From NCBI GenBank assembly GCA_001179505.1, contig CDMY01000291.1:62001-126000 (forward strand): DNA of 64,000 nt. Direction: 5' to 3'. This document shows, piece after piece, positions 61,296 through 64,000 of the stretch. This DNA is from Vitrella brassicaformis CCMP3155. Lineage: Eukaryota; Protista; Chromerida. The translations under genes and the position numbers were made by a program. Numbering within the stretch: position 1 is the first letter of the stretch; the number at the start of each line of letters is the position of its first letter. The notes beneath the pieces were generated by a model, which was not told the DNA's origin, made no database searches, and was given only the letters and a program-made list of their open reading frames with translations.

Positions 61296-62345
61296 ATGGC
61301 ATCAGCGCGGCTCGCTGCGGTCCTTTTGACAGCGTGCTGCACAACTGCCACGGTGCTCTCCGCCACTCCCTGCCACGTCGAACAGGTAAGTCGCACTCAA
61401 GGCAGGCGCCAAGACAGTCACTCACGCACCTCTGCGTCTGCTCTGTTCTGTCTGCTTGGACCAGCGCCGTCGTCTCCGCGCAGTGCAGGAGGAGCGATTG
61501 ACCGATGGCGGCCGAGGTGCCGTGATGAATCAAGGAGACGGGGATCAGCGGCGAAAGCTGCAGTCCGTGCTGACGGACGAGGAAATGGATCGGTTGACTG
61601 GCATATTCAACGGCACCGACAGTTCAAGCTCAGCCTCGACTCCAGCCTACTCGACGGGCTTGGGTTACAGTCGATGGGACTCGGGTGAGCAAAATGACAA
61701 GAGAACGATAGCATGCGTCGCCGAAGCGGTCGTGTGTTTCTTTCAGGGGTTAGCAGCAGCACCGCCGGCAGCGCAAGCAGCAGTTCCGGCAGTCCTGGGA
61801 CGACAGGCGGGAACACAGGAGGGTCGGGAGCAGGAGACAGCGTCATCCCGCAGACACCCGAGCAAGGGATAGGCCAAGGGGGCGACGAAAGCTTGGCGCC
61901 ACGATCTGAGCCCGATCCGTAGGCGATCACTTCGTGCTCATGACCCAGCCATAGTGAGAATGTTGATCTGACCTCCCTTGGTCAGGCACGATCCCCCACC
62001 TCCACAGTTGGACCGCCCTGTTGTGTAAGCATACACCTCCTGCTGACGACCCACGCATCGTGTGAATGTTGGTCTGACTTCTGTGGTCTCAGGGACGATT
62101 TTCCTGGTATTGACAACGGGAACGATGACGGGCGGGGTGGTGGCGGCGTGAACGGTATTGGCGACGGAGGCAACAATGGACGTGGTACCGGCTTGGAAGA
62201 CAACAATGACAGAGGGGGTGGTCTCGGTAATGACAGAGATAACGGAGCAGGTGGTGTCGGTGGCGGTGGAAGTGACAGCGGCTCCGATGGTGGGAACAGT
62301 GGGGATTCTGGAAGTGACGGAGGTGGCGGCGGTGGCGATGAGTGA
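61296..62345 (+). CDS. Small secreted Gly/Asp/Asn/Ser-rich protein (paralogue 2)
   Basis: MASARLAAVLLTACCTTATVLSATPCHVEQ|RRRLRAVQE...DQRRKLQSVLTDEEMDRLTGIF; low-complexity G/D/N tail to TGA 62345; middle exons uncertain. Confidence 0.6.
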
Positions 62346-63039
62346 CGGCATCGCCGGTCGTTCCTTCCTTCTTGACTACTGTAATGCCATGGCTGCCTCC
62401 GAAATCCTGGAGGGAAGGCCAATCCCAGATGGCAGGACAAGAGTGCGTGCAGGGAGGGGTATGCATGCATGCGTGGCGTCGTTGTGCCTGTCCACGTACG
62501 TTTCATGTCTGTCTGTATCTGTCTGTCTGTGTCTGTCTGTCTGTCTGTCGTTCTTTCTGTCTTGGCCACTCAATGCATGACCAATCAAGCCAGTACCGTC
62601 ATGTGTAGGAAGGGTTTCGCCAACCAATCTGTGCACGTGTGTCTTTGTAATGCTAATACATTGTCCCATTTCTCTCTCTCTCTCTCTCTCTGAGTGTGTG
62701 TGTGTGTGTGTGTGTGCAGGGGTGTTTAAGCCCCGCAGGCATTTTATCAGAACGGTCTGGTGCTCTTTGCATCACGATTTACCTGGTAGAGTCCCTAGCG
62801 AGTCTGCTGCGTGTGTGCGGCAGTGTCTGTTCGCCGGCTGAGTGACGGCTGGCATGCGTGTGCGTCGGACACATGCATTTAGCAAGGATGGGCGGGAAGC
62901 GAACAGTGCAGATGGGGGTGATGACTGTCTACGCGGGTTTCCCATATGAATGCGAACAGACCAATCGCTTGTGCAGATTTACTTAATGCAAGTCTTCCTA
63001 TGGCTATACAAAACACACCAGCAAAATGGCTCACGCACG

Positions 63040-64000
63040 CAGCATTGTCAAAATGGGCCTAACACCGAGATAAAACCAAAAGACGTACCGCACCCACGGT
63101 ATGGCCCAGCCGGCCATGTAAGAGCAGAGTCAAAGAAAAGGGTGCGTGCCTACATGCACTCGTCCCACGCACTCCTCTCTCACCTGCAGACACGTGTCGA
63201 TTACACGTGTATACGTCTTGAGTTTCGATAAAAACAGTCAGAAAATACAACGCAACAAACAAGCATACACACACACGCCCCTCATTCCACAGCATAAACA
63301 CATATACAACGATAAATTTGATCGTCTCGTCCCCGTATGCCAGTCCCATCGCCTCGGCTGACATGCGCTCACATGAGCCGCCGCTGCCTTGACAGAGCTA
63401 CTTGTCGTCGTCATTCTCGTTGGCTGCGGTGCCATCCATCGCCGCCACGGCATCGCAGACGGCCTCGGCTGACATCGACAGGGCTGCGCTGTCCTGGTCA
63501 TCGCTGCTGAGCCGATGCCAATCGACCCACACGAGGTGAGAGGGGGGCGTGAGGGCCTCCTGGCAATCGCTCTGCTGCGACCGGGTTGAGCTGGCGGGTG
63601 ACGACATGCCGCTCATCGGGACGTCCTCCGTGGCGGCTGGCGTCTCCAGTGCCATCGGCACGAGGCTCGCGAGGACCTCCGGGATGGCCCCCTGCATTCA
63701 ACGCAATCGTCATCGACAGACAGAGATGGACATCGGTAGCTCTCGTCCGCTGACCGGCGGGCTGCCCGCTTTGATGAGTGTCCGTTTGGCCTTCTTGAAT
63801 GCCTCGTAGAGGGCCTTCCAGCCGCCAGTGTGATGCCGCTGCAACACCTCAGTGTCGGCCTTCTCCAGGTCAGTGCCGTCAGCCTTTTGCAGTGCCGCCT
63901 GGTGCAGCTGTTCTCTCGTGACGAGCTCGTTCACCACATAGGCGAGGTTGGCCTGGAGGTCATGCAGAGCTATGCCCGGCGACACCACAGAATACTGACA
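63040..64000. repeat. Right outer arm of inverted duplication (partner ~58440-59400), runs off the window
   Basis: Reverse-complement match to 58440-59400. Confidence 0.9.
63398..64000 (-). CDS. Hypothetical protein, second copy of the 58443-59059 gene, 5'-partial
   Basis: Near-identical peptides VVSPGIALHDLQANLAYVVNELV... and GAIPEVLASL...NENDDDK*. Confidence 0.55.

Noticed and set aside
1-64000. Hundreds of short ORFs rich in VCVC, THTH, SVCL and DRQT
   Set aside because: These are translations of (CA)n, (CAGA)n and (GGAT)n intronic microsatellites or antisense shadows of GC-rich exons

Overview
Eukaryotic, GC-rich and very intron-dense genomic DNA with short GT-AG introns full of (CA)n, (CAGA)n and (GGAT)n microsatellites. 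This style and the gene content suggest a chromerid alveolate such as Vitrella brassicaformis (inference). I assembled exons by eye, so boundaries are approximate unless stated. About 20 genes can be supported. The headline is a head-to-head pair, 244 bp apart, of pyruvate formate-lyase (PFL) and bifunctional aldehyde/alcohol dehydrogenase (AdhE). These are consecutive steps of anaerobic pyruvate-to-ethanol fermentation, all catalytic motifs are intact and neither protein has a visible organellar presequence. Other genes: two convergent paralogues with degenerate KH-like and SAM-like regions; a histidine phosphatase; a triple-RRM CELF-like protein; an RNF114/125-type RING ligase flanked by an inverted duplication of a secreted-protein gene; a decayed TKL-type kinase; a probable plastid-targeted protein; eIF5A; an EGF-like gene with a stop in its signal peptide; a NUDT9-like Nudix enzyme with a signal peptide and NLS-like motif; MND1 with an out-of-frame first ATG; a secreted 2xPAN/Apple-GH10 xylanase; and a nested inverted duplication carrying small secreted RRL-motif proteins. 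There is one 300-N assembly gap. No rRNA, tRNA or CRISPR array was recognised.
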